Below are positions 34,257 to 44,260 of a DNA stretch of 64,000 nucleotides, one piece after another. Where the stretch lies: contig CAVVPN010000003.1 in NCBI GenBank assembly GCA_963750165.1, forward strand, positions 704,001 to 768,000, read 5' to 3'. Source of the DNA: an uncultured Gemmataceae bacterium (GTDB taxonomy: Bacteria > Planctomycetota > Planctomycetia > Gemmatales > Gemmataceae). Positions within the stretch are counted from its first letter, which is position 1. Every line of letters begins with the position of its first letter. Both the position numbers and the translations under genes were made by a program. Below the pieces are notes generated by a model that did no database searches, had not been told where the DNA came from, and saw only the letters and a program-made list of their open reading frames with translations.

Positions 34257-34468
34257 ACCCCCTCTACTTGTGTCTTTTTTCCGGGCGGCCATCCCTCGCT
34301 CTTGAGTTGAGCAGTGCACGGCTGCTGTTCCGCGGCGGACGTGTCGAGGCGGGTCTGGCGCAGCCTTTTTTCATTGCCGAGGTGAGCGTTTTCCTGCGTG
34401 GTCTCTACCAGCTCGGAGCGTCCGGATCCGTTTCTGCCCTTGATGCAATGTTTTCTGAAGGAGCCCTC

Positions 34469-36649
34469 ATGAGTCAGCAAGCCTTTCGGTTCCGTCCCCA
34501 GTTGGAAGCGTTCGAGGACCGGCTGTGCCCGAGTGCGACGGTCGTTCTGCCAATCTCCGCCTTCCTGGCGCAGCAGGGGCACGACATCACGTTCGCGCCG
34601 CCGATGCCGGACACCCAGGGGTGGAGCAACTCGATGTTCGACCCCGGCGCGACGGCAGCCGACCCGAACCGCACCTTCCTGGTGGACTATGCCGGCCTGG
34701 CGGCCGGCTATCTGCGGCAGCACGGCATCAACCTGCACACGAACATCACCGGATACGTCACCGAAACGCCCCTCGGCACCACCGGGCTCATGGAGGTCAG
34801 CCTGAACCTGGAGGCCACCAACGCCCTGACCTGGGTCGCCAACACCGCGGGGCTTAACGTCAACATGCCCGGCGTCATCAACACAGCGCCGCTCGAGGTG
34901 GGCTACAAGGTCCAGGAACTGGTCGCGAACCCGCAACTCACCCCCGCGCTGTCCAACCTTCATTTTCAGGTGACGTGGCAGGAGGATGTCGGCGCGAACC
35001 TGCCAGACCTCGCCCGGCTGAACGAAAACTATGCCCTGTACGCACCCCCCGGCTTCGCCTACGAGCGCTTCGACTTCCAGTCGTGGGGGACGGGCACCCT
35101 GCGTGCCGGCACAACGCAGGGCACGCCGGGCCAGACGGCCATTGTCTCGACCTGGCAGGTGGCCGATTTGACGAACTCCAACCTGCCGGGCACCCTGCCG
35201 GACGGCTTCTGGCAGGAGCCGATCGACCTCATCCCGATCACGTCGCCGGCCGCGCACGTCGGCTACCTCAACGGCACGCTCTTCGTCACGGACCTGGGCA
35301 ACGGCAACGATCACGTCACCGTGAGCCCAGCCGCGCACGGCGGGGTCACCCTGTCGGGTAACCTGGGCAGCGGCACCTACGCACCGGTGACGCGCGTGGT
35401 CACGGCCCTGGGGAGCGGCAACAACAATGTGACGATCGGCAACCTGCCCGGGACAACCGTGGACGTGACCGCCCTCGACGGCAACAACAACCTGTCGGTC
35501 GGCGGCGGCGGCAAGGTTGTCGTGTCCGCCGGCAGCGGCAACAACAACATCACTACCGGGAACACCACCCCGGGCGCCCAGTTCGTCGGCGTGATCGCCA
35601 GCGGCAACAACAACATCAACGTGAACAGCCCGAACGCCGCAGAGGTGCTCGTCTTCGGCAACGGCAACAACAATGTCAGCGCCCGGGGCGCCAGCGACTT
35701 CATCGAGGTGCTGGGCGAGGGCAACAATAACATCACCGATACCGGCACCCACGACCTCGTCTGGCTGGGGGGCGCTGGCAACAACAACATCAACAACCGG
35801 GGTGTGGGGAGCTTCACCGACTACCTGGCCCTGGAGCAGCCGTTCAGCGAGTCCCTGACGGTCGTTTCCGTGCTGGGTACGGGCGAGACCCACTTCACGG
35901 GGTATTCCCCCCAACTGGGCCACCTGACCGCGGTCCTGAACCCCAACGGCACCTTCATCGACACCACGTCGAACGGGGACGAGGTGTTCGGCTACAGCAC
36001 GCCCGCGACGGCCACGACGGGCAGCATTACCAACACCGGCGGCACTGGCCAGTTCCGGGGGCTGACAGGGCAAGCGACCTACATCGTCTCGACCGACTCC
36101 ACGACCGGGGCGACGACCGTCACGGTCACCGGGTTTATTGAATACCCTCAGAGAGGCTCCACGCAAGTCACGGCATTCAATATCAACGGCGGCGGCCCCG
36201 CCCCGGATGGCCTGCCGGTCTTCGTCGGCGGCACGGCGCCGCACACCGCGACCGGGACGGGCACCGACCTGGGCAACTACACCGGCGCGGGCACGTTCGA
36301 GCTGCTCTCGCTCGACCCGGCGACGCTGACGGGGACGTTCCAGGGGACCTTCGTGTTCGTGGCTTCAAACGGGGACCGGCTGGCAACCACCTACGGCGCC
36401 GGCGCCGGCAACCCGGGCACGTTCACGCTGACCCCGACAGCGAGCGGCCTGGTCGTCGCGACGTTCGTCGCCGAGTTCACCCCGGTGGCCGCGCTGAGCA
36501 CCGGACGCTTCGCGCAGGTCACCGGGGGCGGCTTCCTCATGGTGGCCACCAGCGCGCCGTTTGCGCTGGTGCCCAATGCGCAGGGATACACCCCTGCGTT
36601 CACGTACACCTGGGTGGGCCAGGGGCTGCTCGACTTCAGCAACGGGTGA
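34469..36649 (+). CDS. Exported protein with a planctomycete LExR-type N-terminal motif and GxGNNN repeats
   Basis: FRPQLEAFEDRLCPS; repeated G(S/D/N/E/A)GNNN(V/I/L); Gly/Thr-rich beta domains; AAGGAG RBS. Confidence 0.8.
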   Translation: MSQQAFRFRPQLEAFEDRLCPSATVVLPISAFLAQQGHDITFAPPMPDTQGWSNSMFDPGATAADPNRTFLVDYAGLAAGYLRQHGINLHTNITGYVTETPLGTTGLMEVSLNLEATNALTWVANTAGLNVNMPGVINTAPLEVGYKVQELVANPQLTPALSNLHFQVTWQEDVGANLPDLARLNENYALYAPPGFAYERFDFQSWGTGTLRAGTTQGTPGQTAIVSTWQVADLTNSNLPGTLPDGFWQEPIDLIPITSPAAHVGYLNGTLFVTDLGNGNDHVTVSPAAHGGVTLSGNLGSGTYAPVTRVVTALGSGNNNVTIGNLPGTTVDVTALDGNNNLSVGGGGKVVVSAGSGNNNITTGNTTPGAQFVGVIASGNNNINVNSPNAAEVLVFGNGNNNVSARGASDFIEVLGEGNNNITDTGTHDLVWLGGAGNNNINNRGVGSFTDYLALEQPFSESLTVVSVLGTGETHFTGYSPQLGHLTAVLNPNGTFIDTTSNGDEVFGYSTPATATTGSITNTGGTGQFRGLTGQATYIVSTDSTTGATTVTVTGFIEYPQRGSTQVTAFNINGGGPAPDGLPVFVGGTAPHTATGTGTDLGNYTGAGTFELLSLDPATLTGTFQGTFVFVASNGDRLATTYGAGAGNPGTFTLTPTASGLVVATFVAEFTPVAALSTGRFAQVTGGGFLMVATSAPFALVPNAQGYTPAFTYTWVGQGLLDFSNG

Positions 36650-36672
36650 TAGGAACCACGAGAAACGAGGTT

Positions 36673-36735
36673 GGTCGGAGCCCGAGCGCCAGCGCGGGGC
36701 AGGGTTGGCCCCGCGCTGGCGCTCGGGCTCTGACC
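36673..36735. repeat. REP-like palindrome family A, copy 3
   Basis: Nearly identical to 9573-9635. Confidence 0.85.
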
Positions 36736-37017
36736 TCTGCTGCCAGCGGCGGCCCAGGGTTTTTTTGTTTTTTTGGAAATAAATCGAGCCGAGGCGGCAA
36801 TTACTGGTAGGCGGTCTGCGCCGATTTTTCCAACAAGGTCTTGTCTGCCGCGTTCTTTTTTGTGACACTTGGGGGTGGAATCATTCCTGACCGCTGCCGC
36901 CCGCGCCGCCGCTGCCTTTCCTGACGCGGGTGCCGGTTGTTCGAGTTGACCGGCTGGTTCGTCTTCTTGCATGTGTTGGTCGCAGACCAGAGCACGTATC
37001 CGAGGGAGACCTGTGCC

Positions 37018-38649
37018 ATGTATCGCTGGTTGACGGCTGCCTTGTGTGGGGCCCTGTGCTTTGCTGCCTCTTCCGGACGCCTGTTCGCTCAGGATCCAGA
37101 GGTAGACCCCAAGGTCAAGGAGTTCAACGCGCAGACCAGGGCGCTGGCGGAGAAGATCGACAAGATCATCGACGCCCGCCTGGCCGCCGCCAAGGTGAAG
37201 CCCGGTCGCCCGGCCAGCGACGGTGTGTTCCTGCGCCGTCTCTACATCGACCTCGGCGGCCGCATCCCCGACTTGACCACCGTCGAGGACTTCCTGGACA
37301 AGTCCAAGCAGGGCTACCTCTTCCCGCGCGAGGCGGAGATCGATAAACTCCTGTCCACGCCCTCCGGCAAGCATTACTCCTACGCCGACAACTTCGCGCA
37401 CTACTTCCGCTCGCTAATGCTGACGGAGAACGCCAACAACTTCCAGGCCCAACAACTGCGACCGAGCTTCGAGGCCTGGCTGCGGCAGCGGTTGCAGAGC
37501 AACACCGGCTACGACAAGATGGTTCACGAGTTGTTGACATCCAACGCGAACTTCAACGGCGGCGGCATGAACAACGTCTCACCGGCGGCGTTCTACTTCA
37601 GCAACGAGAACAAGGTCGAGAACCTGGCCGGGTCCACGTCGCGCATCTTCCTCGGCGTCAAGATCGAGTGCGCCCAGTGCCACCCGCACCCGTTCGCCAA
37701 GTGGAAGAAGGAGCAGTTCTGGGAGTATGCCGCGTTCTTCGGCGGTATGCAGCAGTTCAACGGCCGCCAGCAGCAGCCGATCAGCCAGTTCCTCCGCGAG
37801 ATCAAGATCCCGGACACCAACAAGGTTGCGAAGGCCAGGTTCCTGGACGGCACCAATCCCAAGTGGCAGGATGGTGTGCCGACGCGCAAAACGCTGGCCG
37901 ACTGGGTGACCGCGCCGAATAATCCGTATTTCGCCAGGGCCGCCGTGGACCACGTGTGGTCGTACTTCTTCGGCATCAGCCTGCTGGAGCCGATCATGGA
38001 GCCCACCGACGACAGCCCGCCGGCCCACCCCGAATTGCTCGATGCCATGGCGAAGGAGTTCGCCAACCAGGGTTATAACCTGAAGTTCCTGGTTCGCGCC
38101 ATCGTGCTGACCCGGGCCTACCAGCGTGAGAGCGTGGCCATGAGCCCGAAGACCAAGGAACAAGTGCAGCTGTTCGCCAAAATGCCGGTGCGCGGCATGA
38201 CGCCGGAGCAGTTCTTCGACAGCGTTTGCGAGGCGACCGACCATGAGGAGCAGGTCGTCGGACCGCAGTTCAACAACGGCGGCTTCGGTCCGCGAACGCC
38301 GCGGCAGGAGTTCCTGTCGAAGTTCACCACCCAGGACAAGCGCAGCGAGACGCAGACATCAATCCTGCAGGCGCTGTTCCTGATGAACGGCAAGTTCGTG
38401 GCGGATCGCACCAAACCCACCTACGAGAGCAACAAGTCGCTGTTCACCATCGCCACAGTGCCGGCGCCGGCCGCCCGTCGTGTGCTGTCGCTGTACCGCC
38501 TGGTGCTGTCGCGGGAGCCGCGCCCGGAGGAGTCGGCCCGCTACGCCGCCTACATCAACCGTGGCGGTGCCACCGGCAACACTGCCCAGGCTGTCGCCGA
38601 CGTGTACTGGGCCCTGCTCAACAGCGCCGAGTTCATGTTGAACCATTAG
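37018..38649 (+). CDS. DUF1549/DUF1553 (PSD1) protein
   Basis: FLRRLYIDLGGRIP, CAQCHPHPF, NPYFARA, HPELLD, ILQALFLMNG, WALLNSAEFMLNH. Confidence 0.9.
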   Translation: MYRWLTAALCGALCFAASSGRLFAQDPEVDPKVKEFNAQTRALAEKIDKIIDARLAAAKVKPGRPASDGVFLRRLYIDLGGRIPDLTTVEDFLDKSKQGYLFPREAEIDKLLSTPSGKHYSYADNFAHYFRSLMLTENANNFQAQQLRPSFEAWLRQRLQSNTGYDKMVHELLTSNANFNGGGMNNVSPAAFYFSNENKVENLAGSTSRIFLGVKIECAQCHPHPFAKWKKEQFWEYAAFFGGMQQFNGRQQQPISQFLREIKIPDTNKVAKARFLDGTNPKWQDGVPTRKTLADWVTAPNNPYFARAAVDHVWSYFFGISLLEPIMEPTDDSPPAHPELLDAMAKEFANQGYNLKFLVRAIVLTRAYQRESVAMSPKTKEQVQLFAKMPVRGMTPEQFFDSVCEATDHEEQVVGPQFNNGGFGPRTPRQEFLSKFTTQDKRSETQTSILQALFLMNGKFVADRTKPTYESNKSLFTIATVPAPAARRVLSLYRLVLSREPRPEESARYAAYINRGGATGNTAQAVADVYWALLNSAEFMLNH

Positions 38650-38752
38650 GCATCAGGCATCAGGCATTAGGCATTAGTTAACAGGGTCGCCGTCTCGGGC
38701 AAAGTTCAGCCCTGGACGGCGACCCTGTTAACTAATGCCTAATGCCTAATGA
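38644..38752. repeat. Inverted repeat with tandem heptamer arms (GGCATYA)n/(TAATGCC)n
   Basis: cattaggcattagttaacagggtcgccgtc / gacggcgaccctgttaactaatgcctaatg. Confidence 0.8.
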
Positions 38753-38768
38753 CTCCCCGGAGGGGGAC

Positions 38769-40254
38769 ATGATCTGCATTTCGATCAACCAGGAATCGCG
38801 GCGGCTGGCGATTTTCGATATGTTCAACGCGGCGCCGCAGTGCGACCTGATGGAGGTGCGCCTCGACCGCTTCGGCATGGCGCCGGAGCTGAACGAACTG
38901 CTGGCCAACAAGCCGCGGCCAGTCATCATGAGCTGCCGCCGCAAACGCGATGGCGGCTACTGGGACGGCTCCGAGGCGGAACGGCTCGCCCTGCTGCGAC
39001 AGGCCATCGTCCACAAGCCGGATTACGTTGAGATCGAACTGGACGTGGCCGACCAGGTGCGCAGGTTCCCGCCGGCGGAGCGCGTCATCTCCTACACAAA
39101 CCTCAAGGAGACGCCCGCGGACATCGCCGACATCTACGCCGAGATGCAGACCAAACAGCCCGACATCATCAAACTGACAACGCTGGCGCGGACGCCGGAG
39201 GAGGCGTGGCCGCTGGTGCAAATCCTGGCGAAGCCGCCGGTGCCGACGGTGGTGGTCGGTCTCGGCAAGCCGGGCGTGCTGCTGGCGCTGCTCGGCCGCA
39301 AGATCGGCGCCCCGTGGACCTACGCCGCCCTGGAGCGCGGCATGGAGGCGTATCCGGATCAACCGACCGTCGCCGACCTGAAGACCATCTACCGCTACCA
39401 GGACTTCGGGAAGGGGACACGGCTGGTCGGCGTGACCGGCTTCGGCGAGCGCGACGTGGCGACGGTAGCGTGCCTGAACGCGGTCATGGCCGCGCTGGAG
39501 TTGCCCGCCCGCTGCCTGCCGATGGGCGTTGGCAGCGTCAAGCTGTTCCGCAAGATCATTGAGGCGGTCAAGCTGGCGGGCGTGGTCGTGAGTGATCGGC
39601 ACGGCGAATCGCTGCGCGAGATGGCGGACGAGCTGCATCCCGCGGCGGAGCTGGCCCACGCGGTGGACGTGCTGCTGCACAAGGACGACAGACTGGTTCG
39701 GCCACTACACCGGCACGCAGGCAGTGGTGCAGGCACTGGCGGAGAAGCTGGCGGCGAAGGCGCCACCCGGGGCGGACCCGCTGGCGAACCGCATGGTGGC
39801 GGTGGTCGGCCTGGACAGCGCCGACGCGGCGCTGGCGCACGAGTTGAACCGGCGGGCCGCTGGCGTCATCCTGGTGAGTCACGACCGCAAGCGGGCGCAG
39901 GAGCGCGCCCAGTTGCTCGGCTGCCGCCACGCGGCGCTGGAGGCGCTGTACACCACGGCCCATGACGTACTCGTCGTCTGCGACCACGAGGAGGCCGAGC
40001 CGCGAAGCAAGTCCGGCCGGGCGGGCGTCCATCCGGGGTATCTGAAGCCGGGCATGACGGTGCTGGACCTGACGGCGGGGCTGCACGGCAACGAGTTCCT
40101 GGCCGATGCGACGGCGCGCGGCTGCACGGTGGTGACGCCGCTGGAACTGCTGCTGGCGCACGTGGAGCAGCAGGCGCGGCTGTTCACGAGCCTGCCCATC
40201 CCGCGCGACGTGCTGCGGGCGGCGGTGCCGGCGTGGCTGACGGAGGAGGCGTGA
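38769..40254 (+). CDS. Type I 3-dehydroquinate dehydratase / shikimate dehydrogenase-like fusion, divergent (frameshift near 39690)
   Basis: DLMEVRLD, SCRRKRDGGYW, DYVEIE, DIIKL; the C-terminal half resembles AroE (LKPGMTVLDL, QQARLFT). Confidence 0.8.
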
Positions 40255-40873
40255 GCGCAAGAGCGCAGAGATAAGAGGATCCACAGATGACACCGATGAC
40301 ACAGATAAAGACATTTGAATTCTATTTCATAGATTCGTGTGCCTGGATCTGCGTCCCCGTTCTCAGGAGACGCGGGCGGGTTGCGACAGACGGACGCCAT
40401 AGCGGCCCGCCAGCACATCGTTGAGCACCGCCGTCAACCCGGTCCACTCGCCCGCCACATCCGTCGCGGTGGCGGTCAAGTCGTGGACCTGCTCGTCCGC
40501 CAGGAACTTGACACCGTTTATACCACGGATGCCATCCAGAGCCAGGGTGTCCCCGCGGGCGATTTCATCTCGCGGGGGTGAAATGAAATAACCCCTTGGC
40601 AGTACAGGGGGTTGCCGTTTCATTTCACGTTTCTCACACACCCCTATGGGCCAGACGGCGCCCGCCCACGCACGGCCGTGCCTGCCGGCGCCCGCCGTTG
40701 CCAGTTTGAACGTGCCCGCCCAGGTACAACCGTGCCGGCCAGCGCCCGGCGTTGCCTCCGCGGGTCGAACCACAGCGCGCTGGTCCGCGCACTGGTATGC
40801 GTGCTTTTTTTGACTTTTTTTTCGCGAAAACACTCCGATCGGTGAACCTGGGTTGAACCCCTTCTCGGGAGGA

Positions 40874-43800
40874 ATGCCGATGTCCGCACCTGATCTCAAC
40901 CCAGACCGCCCCGTGGACCCGCACACGGAGGGCTTCGAGCCGGCCCTCGACGCCCTGCTCGCCGCCGCGTTCGGCCCGGAGCCGACGCCCGGCGGCTGGA
41001 CGCAACCGCCGCTGTTGCGCGACGAACCGTCCGCCCACTCGCCACTGGTTCAGCCGTCGTCCGCGGAGATGCCGCGCGGCCCCGCCGACCGCTACCAGAT
41101 GCTCGGCGAGATCGCCCGCGGCGGCATGGGGGTGGTGCTCAAGGGCCGCGACCCCGACCTCGGCCGCGACCTGGCGTTCAAGGTCCTGCGCACCGAGATG
41201 GCGAACCGGCCCGCGGCCGTGCAACGGTTCGTCGAGGAGGCGCAGGTCGGCGGACAACTCCAGCACCCGGGCATCGTCCCGGTGTACGACCTCGGCCGCT
41301 TCGCCGACGGCCGCCCCTACTTCGCCATGAAGCTGGTCAAGGGCCGCACGCTCGCCGACCTGCTGGCCGACCGCCCCGACCCGGCGACCGACCGCGGTCG
41401 CTTCCTGCGGCACTTCCTGCAGGTGTGCCAGACGCTCGCCTACGCCCACAGCCGCGGGGTCATGCACCGCGACCTGAAGCCGGCCAACGTCATGGTCGGG
41501 GCGTTCGACGAGGTGCTCGTCATGGACTGGGGCCTGGCGAAGGTGCTGCTGCGCGGCGGCGTCGCGGACGAAAAGAAGGCGAGTCAGCTGCCGCCGGAGG
41601 ACCACCTGCCGACCGAAATCCGCACCGCCCGGTTTGGGTCGGGGTCGGAGACGGAGGCCGGGACGGTCCTGGGGACGCCGGCGTTCATGGCCCCGGAGCA
41701 GGCCGGCGGGGAGATCGACCGGCTGGACGAGCGGGCCGACGTCTTCGGACTGGGGGCGATCCTGGCTGTGATCCTTACCGGGCGACCGCCGTACGTCGGC
41801 TCGGGCGAGGTGGTGCGGCTGATGGCTGTGCGCGGGCAGCTGGGCGACTGTTTCGCGCGGCTGGACGGGTGCGGGGCGGACGCCGAACTGGTCGCCCTGT
41901 GCAAGCGCTGCCTGTCGGCCGAGCGGGACGCCCGGCCGCGGACCGCGGCGGAGGTGTCGGCGGCGCTGGCCGGGCATCTGGCCGCCGTGGAGGACCGGGC
42001 AAAGCGGGCGGAACTGGCGCGGGCGGCGGCCGAGGCGGAAGCGAAGGAGCAGAAGAAGCGCCGGAAAGTGCAACTGCTGCTGGCGGCGGCGGTCGGGCTG
42101 CTGGCGGTCGGTGGCGCGGCGGTCGGCTGGTACACGGACCGGCAAGCGGCCGAGCGGCAGGCGGAGCGGGAGCGGCTGGTGGCCGAGCAACGGGAGGCGG
42201 ACCTGCGGCGGCAGTTCGAGGACGAGCAGCGAGCGGCGGCCGAGCGGGACCGGCGGCAGCGGAACGCGTCGGCGGTGGCCGGCTTGCTCGATCAATGCAC
42301 GACGGCTTTGCGGGCGGGAGACGCGGACAAGGCGGCAATCACCCTGGAGGCGGCCAGCAAGCGGACGGCCGAGGGCGGGGCGGACGAGCACGCCGGGCGG
42401 CAAGAGCGGCTGACCGCCGACCTGGCGGTGCTGCGGAAACTGACCCGCGCGGATCAGTTCCGGTGGACGCGGGTCGCGAGCAATTGGCCAGACCCGAAGG
42501 AGGCCGCGGAGCAGTACCGGCTCGCCCTGGTTGAGTTCGGAGCCGACCCGGACGCGGTCGATCCGGAGGTGGTGGCCAGGCGGGTGTCGGCATCGGCCGT
42601 GCGGGAGCGGCTGGTGTCGGCCCTCGACCGGGTGCTGCGGGCAGACCATTCGCCCCGGGTGCGGGCGGCCCTGCGGGCGGCCGATGCGGACCCGTACCGG
42701 GATGCCGTCCGGGACGCCGTGCTGGCGAACGACGGGGCGAAGCTGCTGGACCTGGCCGGCCGAGGGCAAGCGGAGCAGCAACCGCCGGGGTTCGTGGCGT
42801 TCCTGGGTGAGAGCGGGGCGATCCCGGTAAAGCGGCGGCGGGAGTTGCTGGCAGCGGCGGTGCAGCGGCGGCCGGGCGACCTGGGCCTGCTGATGGCCCT
42901 CGGCCGCACGTACCCGATCAACACCCGGGACGGTGCTGACGAGCGGTTGCGATGGTTCCAGGCGGCGGTTGCGGTGGCACCGGCCAACTCGGCTACCCAT
43001 TACAGCCTGGGGACCACCCTTGTGGACAAGGGGAAGTACGATGCGGCCATCGCCAGCTGCAAGGAGGCCATCCGCCTCGATCCCAAGGATGCCAAAGCGC
43101 ATAGCAACCTGGGGCACGCCCTGGTCGCCAAGAAGGAATACGACGCGGCCATCGCCAGTTACCGGGAGGCCATCCGCCTCGACCCGAAGTTAGCCCCCGC
43201 CCATAACAACCTGGGGCTTGCCCTGGCCAGCAAGAAGGAGTACGACGCGGCCATCGCCAGTTACCGGGAGGCCATCCGCCTCGAACCCAAGCTCGCCCTC
43301 GCCCACAGCAACCTGGGGAACGCCCTGCACGGCAAGAAGGAGTACGACGCGGCCATCGCCAGTTGCAAGGAGGCCATCCGCCTCGACCCGAAGTTAGCAC
43401 CCGCCCATAACAACCTGGGGCTTGCCCTGGCCAACAAGAAGGAGTACGACGCGGCCATCGCCAGTTGCAAGGAGGCCATCCGCCTCGACCCGAAGTTAGC
43501 ACCCGCCCATTACAACCTGGGGAATGCCCTGCTCGCCAAGAAGGCGTACGACGCGGCCATCGCCAGTTACCGGGAGGCCATCCGCCTCGAACCCAAGCAC
43601 GCCAACACCCATAACAACCTGGGGCTTGCCCTAGCCAGCAAGAAGGAGTACGACGCGGCCATCGCCTGTTACAAGGAGGCCATCCGCCTCGAACCCAAGG
43701 ATGCCCCCGTCCATAACAACCTGGGGGTCTCCCTGGCCATCAAGCAGGATTACGACGCGGCCATCGCCAACTTCCGGGAGGCCATCCGCCTCAACCCGAA

Positions 43801-44146
43801 GTTAGTCTTTGCCCACGTCAACCTGAGAAAAGCCTTGAGTCTCAAGAAGGACTACGAGGGGGCAATCGCGGCGAACGAAGCGCACATCCGCGTCGAACCG
43901 CAGAACGAACACCTCCGTCTCGAACTGATTTCGCGCTACCGATACTTGAAAAAGTACCCCGAGGCCGTTGCCGCCGCGCGTGCCGCCCTCCAGGTGTTCC
44001 CCCGCTCCGCCGCGCTGTACGCCGCCCTGGGAGACGTGCTGCGCCTGTCCGGCGACATCCCCGGTGCCCGCGCCGCACTCACCGAGGCGACGCGGCTGGA
44101 CAAACGCTGGGCGGCCGAACTGGAGAAGTTGCCGAAGGGCAAATGA
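40874..44146 (+). CDS. Ser/Thr protein kinase with a TM helix and TPR array
   Basis: IARGGMGVV, LAFK, HRDLKPAN, DWGLAK, GTPAFMAPEQ; TM LLLAAAVGLLAVGG; at least 9 TPRs. Confidence 0.95.
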   Translation: MPMSAPDLNPDRPVDPHTEGFEPALDALLAAAFGPEPTPGGWTQPPLLRDEPSAHSPLVQPSSAEMPRGPADRYQMLGEIARGGMGVVLKGRDPDLGRDLAFKVLRTEMANRPAAVQRFVEEAQVGGQLQHPGIVPVYDLGRFADGRPYFAMKLVKGRTLADLLADRPDPATDRGRFLRHFLQVCQTLAYAHSRGVMHRDLKPANVMVGAFDEVLVMDWGLAKVLLRGGVADEKKASQLPPEDHLPTEIRTARFGSGSETEAGTVLGTPAFMAPEQAGGEIDRLDERADVFGLGAILAVILTGRPPYVGSGEVVRLMAVRGQLGDCFARLDGCGADAELVALCKRCLSAERDARPRTAAEVSAALAGHLAAVEDRAKRAELARAAAEAEAKEQKKRRKVQLLLAAAVGLLAVGGAAVGWYTDRQAAERQAERERLVAEQREADLRRQFEDEQRAAAERDRRQRNASAVAGLLDQCTTALRAGDADKAAITLEAASKRTAEGGADEHAGRQERLTADLAVLRKLTRADQFRWTRVASNWPDPKEAAEQYRLALVEFGADPDAVDPEVVARRVSASAVRERLVSALDRVLRADHSPRVRAALRAADADPYRDAVRDAVLANDGAKLLDLAGRGQAEQQPPGFVAFLGESGAIPVKRRRELLAAAVQRRPGDLGLLMALGRTYPINTRDGADERLRWFQAAVAVAPANSATHYSLGTTLVDKGKYDAAIASCKEAIRLDPKDAKAHSNLGHALVAKKEYDAAIASYREAIRLDPKLAPAHNNLGLALASKKEYDAAIASYREAIRLEPKLALAHSNLGNALHGKKEYDAAIASCKEAIRLDPKLAPAHNNLGLALANKKEYDAAIASCKEAIRLDPKLAPAHYNLGNALLAKKAYDAAIASYREAIRLEPKHANTHNNLGLALASKKEYDAAIACYKEAIRLEPKDAPVHNNLGVSLAIKQDYDAAIANFREAIRLNPKLVFAHVNLRKALSLKKDYEGAIAANEAHIRVEPQNEHLRLELISRYRYLKKYPEAVAAARAALQVFPRSAALYAALGDVLRLSGDIPGARAALTEATRLDKRWAAELEKLPKGK
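42998..43813 (+). repeat. Eight near-identical 102-bp TPR-coding tandem repeats
   Basis: tacgacgcggccatcgccag..gaggccatccgcctcga recurs every 102 nt. Confidence 0.9.
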
Positions 44147-44260
44147 CGACCCGCCGCCCCGCGCGTTGCAGCGGTAACCGCGGGGTGGTAGCATGCGGTC
44201 GAACGCAGGAGGTGTCCCGAGGTCCGCACGCGCCACCGCGAGCAGCGCACCCACAACCCC

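Noticed and set aside
32100..34300. Diversity-generating retroelement at the FGE pair
   Set aside because: No reverse transcriptase or accessory gene, and no adenine-rich template repeat in the window; the differences between copies are not confined to A positions.
40363..40600. Possible small minus-strand gene or remnant (..DEIARGDTLALDGIRG..)
   Set aside because: No clear start, RBS or recognisable family, so it cannot be supported.
42998..43813. CRISPR-like regular repeats
   Set aside because: They are in-frame 102-bp TPR-coding repeats with no unique spacers and no cas genes.
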